This document shows, piece by piece, positions 24,701-37,699 of a stretch of 64,000 bases of DNA. How positions within the stretch are numbered: position 1 is the stretch's first letter; every line of letters starts with the position of its first letter. Origin of the DNA: Paraphysomonas bandaiensis (Eukaryota; Protista; Chrysophyceae). Under the pieces are notes generated by a model that saw nothing but the letters and a program-made list of their open reading frames with translations, was not told the DNA's origin and searched no databases. Location of the stretch: positions 870 to 64,869 of the forward strand of contig CBFFRP010000289.1 of NCBI GenBank assembly GCA_965644295.1. Reading direction: 5' to 3'. The translations under genes and the position numbers were made by a program.

Positions 24701-26267
24701 TGAACGGCACCTCGGAAACAAATATTGCCACCCAAAACCCAAATGTGGGACAGCACTTCGCGCTGCGCTCGTAACGGAACACCTGTAATTTTTGGCATAT
24801 GATATGCACATTGATAACCTGCATACCGAACAGCGAAGCTAACATCAAAAACAAACACGCACCCACATTTGTGACTTCAATATAAGGCATTCCCACAAGA
24901 GACAAGCAATAATCACCGAAATTGCCGTCGTTCCAAAGGAAGTATCCAATAAAAAGTCCCATAAATGCCGACGAGGACAAGGACTTCTTGAGCACCTCAT
25001 ACTCTCTGAATTTAACAAAGAAGGCTCTCTCCACTACAGTAGGAGTCTTTTTAACCAGACGTAACGATTCTTTGATGTCAAAATATCCGAAAAAAGGAAC
25101 GCTGTTCACAGGAAGAACTGCAATGGACTTTGTATCTTGTCTGGGTGCAGGGTTGGTGAAATACGGAGAGGCCTCGAATTGTGTCTGAAGCGTCTCAGGA
25201 GAGGGGGCTTTTCTTGCCCCAGTGGGCCTTTCCACACCATCTGCAATGTCCAGTAAAAAATCGGCTGTATCCATTCCATCCTTCAAGGAATAGTCCATAG
25301 GTCCAGAGCAGTAGAAGCGAGTTATGTTACTCCGCTCTGACGCATATATGGTTCGGCCACCAGAGAGCACGACAACCCTATCTAACTGTGCAAATACCTG
25401 TGCCGATGGCTTGACAAGAGAAGTCACCACAGTATGACCTTTTTCAGTGAATCGGTGCAGACATTCAACCAATTTAGCGGATACAATGGCATCGAGATCT
25501 CTGGTGGGGTCTTCCAACACGAGCACCGGTGGGAGATTTACAAACTCTACAGCTACACTTAGTCGGCGCAACTCACCGCCTATATTACCCCTGGTTGTCG
25601 GGCGCTCAGGAATCAAACGATCTTTGCACCAGACCAGTTCCATCATGCCCAGGATCTGCATCACCCGCTCGTATATGTACGCCTCCCCTTCCAGTGTCGG
25701 CATATGGGAGATATCCATGCGCAGTCTGGCTGCGTATGTGATCATCTCTAGGTAAGACAAACCTGCCGTGTAAAGTTTATTTGCTGCTCTTGGAACAAAA
25801 GCAATTGATCGATCCACATTAGACTTCACTCCTGAACCTGTTAGGAAGACATCGCCACTAAAATCGCCGTGATTGCGTCGATTGCATATTAGCTCCATTA
25901 TCGTCCTAGGGGTAACTTTCAGTAATGCAAAAATGTAAAAAAATACAAACCGTCTTTCAGCAGGATCGCTTGACAGCACAGCTGTAACTTGTGAGGGGGG
26001 AGCAACAAACGACACATCATGGAGAGGTGCTGATTTCTCCTGTTCATAGCAGTGTCAGACAGAGCAAACACAATACAACAAACGAACCGCGTGAACGAAA
26101 TAGTTAATAGGTTTGGCCAACATCTTGGGTAAATAAGTGTTAACACCACCGAGAGCCCACTGCACAGTGGCGGAAGATGGCGTGTACTTAAGTTTGACCA
26201 CATTGAGATGTACGCGGTCCTCCTTGTCGATTCCGGGATGTTCTGCTGGCTTCGTAACAGTGGACAT
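21737..26267 (-). CDS. Full-size ABCG (PDR-like, NBD-TMD-NBD-TMD) transporter, multi-exon
   Basis: NBD2 has GAEGAGKS, LTFGQRRRLSIAEE, LIDEP and MHQP. NBD1 is degenerate (SSDPAERR, GGELRRLSVA, LEDPT). Two ABC2 membrane domains (FRYER, NPLRWAYEAL; SIIRWFSQGLFINEY). Confidence 0.9.
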
Positions 26268-26453
26268 CTTGTCCTCTTAGCAAACAGAGTTAAGTGATCA
26301 GTTGAGCATAATGATAGGGCGATATATGTAGCTTGACCTCAATCCCTAACCATATGAATGAAAACACATACACGCACAGGCAGGCAGATTGTCGTTGAGA
26401 CGATGGGATGCGGATGACAACTCACACACACTGCTGTGCTATCATCATACCAC

Positions 26454-26492
26454 CCCACTGTACTCCACTGTACTCCACTGTACTCCACTGTA
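26454..26492. repeat. Short tandem repeat (TACTCCACTG) x3-4
   Basis: Directly visible between the divergent ABCG and TPC starts. Confidence 0.85.
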
Positions 26493-26736
26493 GTCGGATT
26501 TGAACAGAGTAGTATACGGTATATGGTATAGATACGGATACCATCTGCAGATACGATGAGTGTATACCGGCGTATAGGCGTATGCTATTGTATACCTACA
26601 GAGTATGCACTGCTGTCATGTCTTAAGGAAGAGCAGAGCACAGAGATGATCGTCGACCCGCCTGCTGTGTTCTGATCCACATGTATATCGTATGCCACTG
26701 TGTTGTATAATTTCCCTGTGGTAGTCAGAGTCAGGT

Positions 26737-29700
26737 ATGGATATTAACATAGGTCCAACTCTGCGACGAAAGCAACAGGAATGGGTTGAGCTCTTAGATA
26801 TTAAAGACATCGAGTACTATGAGCCTCCTCCGTGCACGCTTAGCCGTGAAAATAAGTACATTGTTGCATCTCTGTACTTCAGTGACGGTGCTCAGGGCAG
26901 GAGTGTGTTCTATCCCCGTTCGCCGGTTGAGGTTAAGTGCTATCAGATAACTCGGTCGCAGCCATCCCTATTATTTTATAGTCTCGTGTGCTTCATTCAT
27001 ATGTCACTGCCATTTTTTGAGAGACCGAGTTGTCCGTGGACATCAGAAATCAACAATGAGGTGGACTATAATTCAAGTGAATCTGATGGAAATTACTTCA
27101 ATCGGGACACTATCACCGCCCTTCAGTTTAGCTGCCTTTCTGTATACATGGCAGAACTGGCAATTCGGTTAAATATTTATGGTGGTGTGGGAAGTAAGCT
27201 ATATCAGGACAAATGGGTACTTTTAAGACTTGTGTGCTGTATTTTTTTGATACTTGACGGCGCTCTGAGTTTCATGGAGGTGCGGTTCGGTTTGTGCCTT
27301 GTACCAATCATATACATATCACGCAGGAAGAGTTTGCACCAAATTGTTGAAGGAATGTTTTTGGCAGCCTATAAGTGTATTCCGGTTTTTACTTTGCTTT
27401 TTATCTTGATAATGCTGTGGAGTTTTGTTGGTTTACTTGTATTTCGTAACGTCGACATGTCAGCTGGTTCGAAGTTCGACACACCGTGGGAATCTTTCCT
27501 TACATGTCTTCAGGCATATGCTGCCAGAAGTTTCGTCCCCTTTGTACTTACTCCTTATTTCGAAGTGAACTCTATGGCATCTTTTTTTTTCGTGTCGCTT
27601 ACAGCTATCACTGATATCTTGTGCACGGCACTTATTATTGCTATCGGCAATAGGCAGTATCGCATCTACGCCACAACTGTCTTCAATAAGCACCTTCGGA
27701 ACAGAAAACAGGCAATCATATCATTGCATCGCATTCTTCTATCTGATGCTAGTAATGGAGCAAGAGATAGATCTCACGTGCGAGTGTCACGCAGTGCCTG
27801 GCTGGGACTTTGCAGAAGGGTGAGGGGACCCTCCTCAGATAGACTCGCCCACATGATGTTCAACACTGAATGTGACCCTGACAGTGATGATGTGTCCTGC
27901 GCTGGCCTTTTTCGACTATGTGCGCTGCTTGACTCACGATTCACTGTCAATGTTGAAGCTGAAAATGATGACTCTATTGTTGGAACTGTGGAAGTACGAG
28001 CGTGCAATACAGATAGCACGGGCGGGGAGTGGCCGATACGCTCTCTTGTCAATGCAACTCTTATGTGGGAGTATCTGTTGGGCGGGTGGAAATGGCCATT
28101 TGGGAAACGAACTAATGATAAGGTAGATGAGGAGAAAGAAAGAAATTGTTCACACACTATGAACCCCCTCGAGCCTCAACCGGTGCAGCGGGCAATATCA
28201 ACTGAGAGCACTCGATCCACCGACTCGGGTTCAGTTAATGATGGGAAGAGGATGGGACATAAGCGCAAACGGGGTTCTCTACTACAAACTAACATGATCA
28301 AGCAGCAAGTGCTTGATTCCCAGGTGCGGAGGAGTATGGTAGAAGGGGGATGGGATAGAGAAGGGAATATTAGAAGGTTCTTAAGGGCTTGTGGAACATA
28401 TATTCAGCTGGCTTCGTCTGAAGTGGTGTCCTATGCCCTGTCTGTACCGTACTTATCGCCTCTTCGATTATGCGTGTTCGATATATGTGTTGTGCTGTCG
28501 CGGGTGTTACTTGTTATTCAATTGGTGCACTATTCTGATCCAGATGCCCATTTTGTATGGACAAGTCTCGGTTGGGCCCTTGAAACCTTTTTCTGGGTAG
28601 AAATGTTGCTCTTAGTGTTCGCTAGTGGCTGGGCTACATACCTTCGCACGCATGGATATGGAATCACAGTTGCGGTAAACATTTCTAGTCTAGGTATAAT
28701 GGCGTCTCTTGGTAGCGATTTAACAGCAGAAAAGAGTCGGAGCGTGCTGTATGTTTTTTTAATTATTATCCAATGTTTCAGGCTCACTGGTGGGGTAGGT
28801 CAGATAAAGGGCGCCGCGCTTTTCAATTCTCTTACTCCTCTTATTGCTAGAGTGGTGTTCATTATATTCTGCGTAATTTATTTTTTCGGTGTATTCGCGT
28901 TCAATAGGTTCTGCAATGCCCTAAAGGTAGAGAACGCTGTTGATAATGATGACTTTACTGCCGGATGGGAGCCCTATCATGAACTTCTGAACTTTCATAC
29001 ATTTGGACATTCTCTTTTGACTCTCTTTGAACTTAGTGTGTTAGGAACGTGGAGTAGTACAATGAATGTGGCCAAGAAAGTGGATGCTGTCTCAGCGCTC
29101 CTTTTCTTTTATACTTATCGATTAATGATGTGCCTTGTGGTCTACCCTATACTGAATGCGTTCATAATACAGGCATTCATATCTCGGCACGACCGTGTTG
29201 CTTCGAACGAAACTAAGAAAGAGGATATGTGGCAGCCGGATGTAGAAGAAGGGACATTGAAAAGGGATAATAGAGACGTCGAGCTATCTGTTGTAGACAG
29301 ATGGGGTAGAAAATGGGGCAAAAGTGATACCGACATTAGTGTAGATGATATAGAAGAGCAGATGGAAGACATATCCCGGCCCAGATGCTCTTCAGCCGAT
29401 TCGCCATTTCGAAGTGTGTCTTCGTCATACAGTAAAACATCGAATTCCTTAACTGCTAGAAAACGAGTCTCTGTAGGTGAGTATTTTTGTTTGTAATCGG
29501 CAAATCATTCAATGACACTCTTATCTGTGCAGCTATGGATACACACCAAATAGCAACAGATACAAGTAAGATTTCGTATTATATCTACCACCAGTTATAA
29601 TTTTTGCTTAATCAGTGATCTCTTTTTGGTCCCCTTCGGGTACGGAGCGCCACAAGGAGACCCAAGATTCCGGGATGGACAGGCAGAGTATTGCGGAACT

Positions 29701-29854
29701 GAAGGTGCGTTTGGAGTATCTTGAGCGGAGACACAGAAGCGATGTCGCAAGAATTGCAGCTTTGGAAAGTGTACGTAAATCCGAGCCTCAGGTTTCATCT
29801 GTATCTTCGTTATTTGAGAGTGCGGATCATGATCATATTGTTGACGACGATTGA
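26737..29854 (+). CDS. Two-pore cation channel (TPC)-like protein
   Basis: LPFFERPS after S1; two 6-TM repeats; pore regions FDTPWESFLTCL and NFHTFGHSLLTLFELSVLGTW; linker between the repeats. Short 3' exons are approximate. Confidence 0.8.
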
Positions 29855-31204
29855 TGTCCTATGCGATGTTCCAAGGAAATATTTCTGTCTTCGAACATGT
29901 TTTATTTGTTTGTAGTGTGAGTGGCGTCAATTAAAGGTAATGAATATGTCAGTAAATAAATCCAACTTTGATGATGATACGTATCCGACAAGTAGTTTAC
30001 GTAAAACGTTCATAGATAGCTGGCAAGCCAGTAATAATATATTATCTTTGGCTAGACCATCTAATACATACAAAGATATTTGAGCTTCATAAGCTTTATC
30101 TCCCTCTTCAAATACTATTTTGACAGGAATATAACCTTTCATCTCAATAATATGATGTCCATCTATCTGCCACTTTAAATCTTACAGTATTGTAAATAGT
30201 AAATATCAAATCCTACGTATGTATCACTGAGTATATACCAGTCAAAACATCAAAAAATAGCTGTACGTACTGAAGATCAGTTCAGTGATAGAACATACAT
30301 GCGAGCATAACTCAGTACTGTCAAGAGAAAAGAGCACCAATACAATGTAGTGTTACATTGTATAGTAGCCTGTAAAGTATTATATTGTACACACGAATAC
30401 TGTCTATCTGTCCATCAAGCTTATCACCGCATGTACACTTACAAATACTCTCTTACAACAGTGGTGAACTTACAACTTACAGCTCCCGTCGTAAAACAAC
30501 ATTCTTATCTACACACAATACCTTAAGCTTATTTGACAATTGTACCATACTCCAAACTGATAAACACTTCTTCTCGTCATTCCTTGCAACTTGTTACATA
30601 TTGAGTAGCTTTACTACAGCCTACAGCCCATCAAAAATTTGCAATATTAGTTCTCAGCTAATATATATTTGGGTATTTTATAACAATTCATTATAAGCTT
30701 ATAGAATACCGCATTTGAACACTATGTTCTTGGTCTCAAATAGCTGCATCGTTTCATCATATTTAACTTGAAGCAAAACCCAACAATGTCAACCAAGAAA
30801 TTCTTATACGAAGGTAGTAAAATATCTGTCTTAAATCATTTTGCTTGACTTGTCAGCAAGTAACTTTTTAGCAGGAGAGAAGCGTATGATACCACTTTTA
30901 AAAGTACGCCGTTTCATGCTCTCGTTGCTTAAAGCTCGATAATATATTGTATCATCACTTTTGCGTATCAGAGAAAATAAGCCAACAGAACGACGCTGAC
31001 AGCTCAGTCTTGTGGCAACTCATACAGTTGTATTAATTCATATAAACCATTTGCTGCATCCAAAAATACTGCATGTACATAACTTCTTTATATCTAGGTT
31101 AGGCATATAATATACTGACCCTTGAAAGCAAGTAGCTGAACCCTGAAATAGCTCACACCATACTCATTATATTTTTTTCTCTCGTTTCAACACAATATTA
31201 TTCA

Positions 31205-31380
31205 TTGAAGCCAGCAGATTTCAGGTATATCAACATTCTTATTGCTCACTGCGTTTGCTTTGAGTGATAGTAGAGCGAGAAAGTGGTTGCACATGGGTTC
31301 TTGCGGTGACGCACAAGAAGCAGATTTTTTAGGATAATATCAGAGTTAAGTATTATTGACTCTTTTAAACGCCTTGCAAA
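31205..31380 (+). repeat. Family R partial copy
   Basis: AGAGCGAGAAAGTGGTTGCAC..TTCTTGCGGTGACGCACAAGAA..TAGGATAATATCAGAGTTAAG, inverted relative to 31741-31895. Confidence 0.65.
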
Positions 31381-31740
31381 TATAAAAACATCCACTCACT
31401 TTTATAAACCTCATAAAATACTGTCCTTTATACCTGTATTCTTCACGAACTGACAAAATTCAAAAATCTTAAGCCTTAATTGCTCAGCCAATTGCAAATA
31501 ATCTTAACATAGATATTATCATCATGTACACCTTTCACATAATATACCTATTACATTAGATATATAATATATTTATCCCAACTCTGCAATATAATAAGTT
31601 GAGAGCAATTGAAACAATCATTTTTCCTATCTGATGGAATACGTATATATTTTCCTTTAAGATAAAAAATATTGCAAACACAACTGTAATACGTTGTCAA
31701 AATACTTTATCGCAATAATATTATAACTGTGAAACTGAAG

Positions 31741-32175
31741 TCTGATTATTATCAATAGGCGTGAAAGAGTTAGAACTAATTTTGCAAAACAATTTAACTA
31801 ACTAGTGCTTAACTCTGATATCCTACTATTTTGCGCTACGAAAGCTGCTTTTTGTGCGCTACTGCAAGCGCCAAGGTGCAACCACTTTCGCTCTCTGTTC
31901 TGAGGGTGAACATCCCGGATGCTTGACTTCAGCAGGCAGCCCAATAGCTTAGATGCTATTTTGAGGTGGTCTCATTCCCGGATGCTTGTTAATTCGTCAA
32001 GGCCCAAAGACGTCTACACAAGTGATACTTGTACCTAACAAGCATTTGGCTATGAGTGGGCAGAAGAATATCTGCTGGCGATATCCGGCTCGCGATAGTT
32101 TACCGGAGAAATATCTCCAGCGCCTATCCCCCAGAACCCCACCACATGAATGTGCGAGTCCAACTTTGTTGAGGA
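31741..32175 (-). mobile_element. Family R long copy
   Basis: Colinear with the reverse complement of 35941-36404 and 53951-54250. Confidence 0.7.
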
Positions 32176-32723
32176 TAAAAGTATGTGGGTTATGAGCTTT
32201 TTACAAAATAAAGCTATTGCGGACGCAATAATAATCTATATAGTCTGACGACTAAACGTTTCTTCAACGATCTAAGTATTTAAATGAGCAAAAGTCGATG
32301 AAGTCCTCGTCAACTGTACCGAATACTGAATAACAAGCTAAGTAAGAATTTTATATATCAGGATTACTCAGCATTTAGTAGTTTATAGTATATGGTATAT
32401 GTAGCGTGGGTGTCTATTTAAATTTCTTAAGTAATATTACATATCAACTGCGAATAATTTTAACGCCTACTATATTCGTGCGAAAGTAGACGGAGGGGAA
32501 AAGAGAATTGTCATAATCTTTCAATTGGTCTTCTTATCATTTAGTGAATAAAGTTAACAACGATATATGCCCGGCACTAGTATTCATTTACCTCAATGTC
32601 AATAACAGCCTCTAGCAATCGAAACTATCACTGATCCAATCACGAATCGTCATAAGTAAGCAAGTGATCATGCAGCAATTGTCAAAGTCGTCAATATCAT
32701 AACATCAGGTAATTTAAGCATCA

Positions 32724-33468
32724 TTAGTCAGAGAGTAAGTCACATTTCTCACACTGTATATCTTCTATTAAAGACCTAACCCTACTTTCACATTCCAATA
32801 TTTTTCCTGTAGCATACGTGGAATCCGCTTGTGTCATTGGCACACCAATATGGTCAGCAAGAGCAGGGTTGTGATCCCGAATCAAATCTAAATGTTTCGC
32901 AGCAACTAAAACTAGTTTCTGACTTTCACATCGCTGTACGTCCGCTATGCAACGAGCCAAACTTTCCATGCTACGATTCTCTAATACTCTCTACGGAATT
33001 AGAAAAAGATTAGGATCATAACGCTAAAGTATGCTATTGATACCTGAATGCTAATGATAGTATTGCTGATTGCTTTAAACCGTGCAGTCACTTCGGCACC
33101 TAAGAGCAGATACTGTGTTAAACTCAAGTACTACCCACAAAAGACACCCCCACATAGCAATGTATACTCCGATATTCGATTTTCAGACAGCAAAACCTGT
33201 AGAGCAGTATCAAACTCAGTGTATACCTGCACACATGCCCTAAGCGCACAACAGACAGTTACTTGTATGTTCGTACCTGTACTCGCTCCCCTTGCATTTG
33301 TAAGAAGGCATCCACCAACTTAACATCATCGCAGCTGGAAAACTCAATGTCCTCACTCTGCGGCCCAGAACAAGGCTCACCTGAGCTAGAGGGAACAGAG
33401 ACGCAAGCAGAGTGGGCTCCAGAAGACATTCTCTCCTCGAGGATTTTATAGCACGATTCAAAATCCAT
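32724..33468 (-). CDS. REX1-B (required for excision 1-B) domain DNA-repair protein, multi-exon
   Basis: Spliced LVDAFLQMQGERVQVYTEFD...VTARFKAIS...LARCIADVQRCESQKLVLVA matches the REX1-B helical pattern from recall. Confidence 0.55.
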
Positions 33469-33856
33469 CTTACCGCTAGAATATTAAGAACTGGTGCAGG
33501 ATGAGCGACGCGGATGTGTTTGTATACGCACAACTCTCTTGTGTGAGGAAGAGTAAACACAAGAATCCCTGGCACATTTGCTGTATATACCGTGCACTAC
33601 GACGTACGTATAACTATAGTTGGAAAGTACGTATAACTATATGAGAAATAGTTTGCCTATGGTACAGACCGTTGATCATATCGAGAGTGCACTGTACTGT
33701 AAAATTAACCATACGGCACCAAATTCTTGGCATACACATACTGTACCCTACTGCGTATTCCTATCATTCTGTACACATTTCTGAGTGAAAATACCACATT
33801 CTCAGCTCAGTCCTCACTAGTCTAGAAGCCTGAAGTGTCTGTCATAGACATCGAAG

Positions 33857-35179
33857 ATGAAGTGTTACCTGACTTCGCATCATTTATATGCTAAGTTGTT
33901 CCCTGTAACGAAATTGTTTGTCAGAAGAGCTCGTTGTATTCATGGATCAGTGCGTTCGGCCTTTATTAGTGGTGAAAGATATTTCTCCGTTGTACCTCCG
34001 GTATCTGCTCCTGCGTCGCCATCTATACACTTTTTCGCTAACCTCCTAGCACCCAAACTAGAGTTGAGCGTGCAAGATACACGTGCTATATTAGAGGAAA
34101 ATGAGAGCATGTTATCTGAATTGGAAAACGACATGATAGACAAAGGCATGCATGTTGTTATGTCTGACGAGAACGTCTCTGTGATTGATACACTTCACAC
34201 GATTGATGAGCGTCAATGCTCAATTACGAGAAGTCTTCATTTTAATGAGAATATAGATTTTATTCAGACTTCTGTACCTGTTAACTCGGATAGTGGTGCG
34301 GTCGATTACACCATGGATCTGCCGTTCGACACGGCCTCACACATTATTGGATTTTCGTTTGCGTTTTTGCTACATTTTCTAAACGGACCATGCGCTGGCA
34401 GCCACACTATCCGCCGCTGTGCTGTGCTTGGTGCAGGAGGGTGCACTTTACCTGTAGTTGCTGGGCATCTATACCCTTGTGCTGACATTCATGCAGTTGA
34501 GCTGAGTCGGTCTGTTATAGCAGCTGCCTCCCAATGCTTCGAGCTCAGCGATATGCTCAATGCTGGATCCTTCAAACTGCATGAAGGGTGCGGAATCAAA
34601 TGGCTTCGAGAGCATAGTGCAGAGGGAAAAAAATGGGATTTACTATTTGTAGATATATGTAACCCAACTGCGACCGAGAATTGTGTTGTTGCTGCACCGC
34701 CAAGTGATGTTCTATCCGCTAGCGGCATTCGTGACCTGATAGACTCGGTGGAATCGGGAGGGGTTCTTGCGATAAATGTACTTGCCACCTCTGTAGGGAC
34801 GGCAGAGACTCTTGAAAAAGTAACGAATGCTCTCTGCGAGAGTAGTGTTGGGCCATTGCACGTTGGGATGATGCCATTGCACACCACCGCGAACACGACA
34901 CATTCGTGTGTCAAACCGAGTGACTCTATGGACGAAGATGATAAACCGAGCCTACCCGCTAGAAGCAATAGTATCATATTTGTGGTGAAAACTCCCTCCA
35001 AGTGGTACATGAATTTGGAACAATGTAGTTCTGGGGAAGCAATTAGGCAAGCGAAAAAAGATTTTTTGAGTTCGTTCAACTACACGAATACTCGGGTTAG
35101 GTTTCCATTTGATAGAAATGATGTCGAAAAAGAACTATCTAGTTGGATGAACTGCTATGTGTACTATAACATTAAGTAG
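33857..35179 (+). CDS. SAM-dependent methyltransferase, spermidine-synthase-like fold (METTL13 C-terminal-like)
   Basis: RSLHF..IQT, CAVLGAGGCTLP (motif I), HAVELSRSVI, WDLLFVD and GGVLAINV; possible N-terminal targeting peptide. Confidence 0.75.
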   Translation: MKCYLTSHHLYAKLFPVTKLFVRRARCIHGSVRSAFISGERYFSVVPPVSAPASPSIHFFANLLAPKLELSVQDTRAILEENESMLSELENDMIDKGMHVVMSDENVSVIDTLHTIDERQCSITRSLHFNENIDFIQTSVPVNSDSGAVDYTMDLPFDTASHIIGFSFAFLLHFLNGPCAGSHTIRRCAVLGAGGCTLPVVAGHLYPCADIHAVELSRSVIAAASQCFELSDMLNAGSFKLHEGCGIKWLREHSAEGKKWDLLFVDICNPTATENCVVAAPPSDVLSASGIRDLIDSVESGGVLAINVLATSVGTAETLEKVTNALCESSVGPLHVGMMPLHTTANTTHSCVKPSDSMDEDDKPSLPARSNSIIFVVKTPSKWYMNLEQCSSGEAIRQAKKDFLSSFNYTNTRVRFPFDRNDVEKELSSWMNCYVYYNIK

Positions 35180-35940
35180 GGGTGTAATCTATATGCAAGG
35201 CATTGAATAATAACGGTATTAACCTTTGACTGTTATTATTCTCCTGTGCAAGAGCCTGAAGTTTGAAATGCAAAAAGTCTCTCAGTATGTATAGGGCCAA
35301 GACAACCCAAAGAGATATCCTGAGGATGACCGATGAATGCGAGGGTGTTGTGATGCTGGTGCCCTATATTCAATCTGTCCTGTGGGCAATGCAATAGGTC
35401 TTTGTAAATTGAATTCCTATTTAAGATGTGCTTTTTCACCTTTGATGGCGGATACATACCAATGAGGATAATGACAATGTATTTAGACCTTGTGTCTTTT
35501 GTAGCTAGAAAAGCTGTAGAATAAAATGTGTCTACGTTTATTCTATTTTTCATTAGTCACAGCAAAACCATAAACTTCCAATTTCCACTAGTGATTCCCA
35601 CAATGATAGTGCAACGAAAATTCAGCCAAATTGGAAGTCAAATACGCATAACAAAGGACTATAGAATATAGCCAAGTAAGCGTATTGCGTATTCTATTCG
35701 AAATGGGTTTTACTATGCATATGTCATCAAAAAGCTGTTCCTTCAATTCAAGGTGTTGAGCGTTGAAGTTTTTGAGCAATTAAAAGCAGCAATTCTAAGG
35801 GGATTGTTACCTGAAGAGTACAGCAGTACTTTAGACACAGTATTTAGACACAACAAAAAACTCAATCATACAAACTGTATTAGGATTAAGCTTAGTGCGA
35901 GATTGTATCTGCGGGTTATAATGTTCAATAAAATATATCA

Positions 35941-36404
35941 TCCCTCAACAAAGTCGGACTCGCACCTTTTTGTGGTGTTCTTGGGGATAAGTACCGGAGA
36001 GACTCACTCTGGGAAACTAAAGTGAGCCCACATTCTTCTGCCCACTCATAGCCAAATGCTTGTGTGATACATCAATAAGTGTCACTTGTGTAGACGTCTT
36101 TGGACCCTGACGAATAAACAGGCATCCGGAAATGGGCCCACCTCAAGGGCATCCGGGACAGGCAAGGACCACCTCAAGGGTAACCGGGGTATTGGGCTAC
36201 CTGCTGAAATCAAGCATCCGGGATGTTCACCTTAAGAACTCAGAGCGGAAGTGGTCGCACCTTGGTGCTTGCGGCGACGCACAAGCTGCTTCCGTAGCGT
36301 TAAATAGTAGGATAAAAAAAGTGTGTACTGATTAGTTACAGGTAGAGGTCTAACTAGTTTGTCTAGCATTCATCTAGCTACTATTACTAATAATAAGACT
36401 TTCA
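35941..36404 (+). mobile_element. Family R longest copy (about 460 bp)
   Basis: TCCCTCAACAAAGTCGGACTCGCACC...structured core 36246-36294...TAATAATAAGACTTTCAA; shared with at least six other loci. Confidence 0.75.
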
Positions 36405-36420
36405 ATATAATAATATTATT

Positions 36421-36609
36421 ATGAAAATATATGAACTGAATTAGAGAGAGTATCTGTTGAAGATATATATGATCGTTTTCATAACGTCGTAATTATCAGT
36501 TACACTTCTAACTATTCCGTTGTTGTGCATGATAGTTATGTTTTATATTGATATTCATAATTCTCACTCTATTGTGTTCTTTACTACTTTACACTCTAAT
36601 AATCACAAT
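36421..36609 (+). repeat. Partial diverged copy of the TATT-LTR
   Basis: ATGAACTGAATTAGAGAGAGTATCTG...TACACTCTAATAATCACAA aligns to the LTR interior; both ends are missing. Confidence 0.8.
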
Positions 36610-37699
36610 AGTAAGACACGTTTGAACAGAGCGTTAGTACCACCACGCACATGTGCGTATCTTGTATAGTCGCGTATCTTATCTTATATAGTTTGGTTAT
36701 TTTTCAGTCTATTTGATATTATTTCATTGTATACATACATGTTGAGCCACTAAAACCTCGCCTTGAAAGTAACCTCATCTCGCTTGACCCTAAACACGAA
36801 TATTCCCCTTATATAAAAACCTCTGATTATTACAACATGAGAACGGCCGTGTACAGAAACTAGTTTTACATCTATCTACTATATACTAACTAATAACTGG
36901 ACATTCAAGCTATATACTACTAGTGGCGGGCAACCGTCTCGGGACTGCTTGTGTATCGCTGCTAGCACCATGGTGCAACCGTCCCTTGTAGTGAGGTTAG
37001 TCGGGGGGTCTGCCTTTGGGCAGTGTGTCTGGCTGGCCTGTATCATGGGTTATGCGAGGAGTGGATGGGCGAGATGTATATGAGAGTGTAAGTCGATGGT
37101 GGAGATGGTGCTGGTTGTCGAGGTGGGGTTTCGGCCACAAGTAAGGAGGAGTTGTTTCCGGAGTGGTTGCGCTTGCCTCTGTCGGGATAGAATTCTAGGG
37201 ATGGTTGTCGCCTGGAGTAGCTGGAGTATTTTTGGTGTCAGGTGAGTATCCTGGGACTGGCGTTGCTGTGAGTGTGTCGGTGTCGTGACCGGTGTTACTG
37301 GTGTTGTGTCTGCGTTGTGGTGTCTGAGTCCCCTATTTCAAAGCATGCGGAGCCCTGCCGAATTTTCCCCTTATTGCGACCCATCTGACCCATCTGCTGC
37401 CCAAATAATAGCAGGTTAGTCGTCATCCCGATGCAATTTGCCGTGATGATACCACTTTGGAGTTCCAATTGGGTCGATTATATGAATTGATTCTACCGTC
37501 GTCATCGTTGCGCTTGTCGCCGTTTTGCGCTTGCCGTTGTCGCATTAGTGGTTGCACAAGTTGTAAAGTAAGTTGATATCGAAATCATTGGTGTGCAAAA
37601 AGAAGTAAAACCTGGATAGAGGTGTATAGAGAACATAACACGTCGCACATTCGTTTTCCAATTGCGGTTTAACACCATATGTCTGCGCCAATCTTGAGT

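Noticed and set aside
26454-26492. Short direct repeats as a CRISPR-like array
   Set aside because: Contiguous 10-bp units with no spacers, in a eukaryotic context.
31272-31895. Apparent long TIRs suggesting a Mutator/foldback element
   Set aside because: No TSD; better explained as two tail-to-tail family R copies.
34489-35079. 196-aa antisense ORF (similarly 60667-61257 and others)
   Set aside because: Shadow frames opposite well-supported genes.
36106-36150. CTGACGA...GAAA hammerhead-like words in family R
   Set aside because: No stem II, and GAAA and the cleavage triplet are not conserved in other copies.
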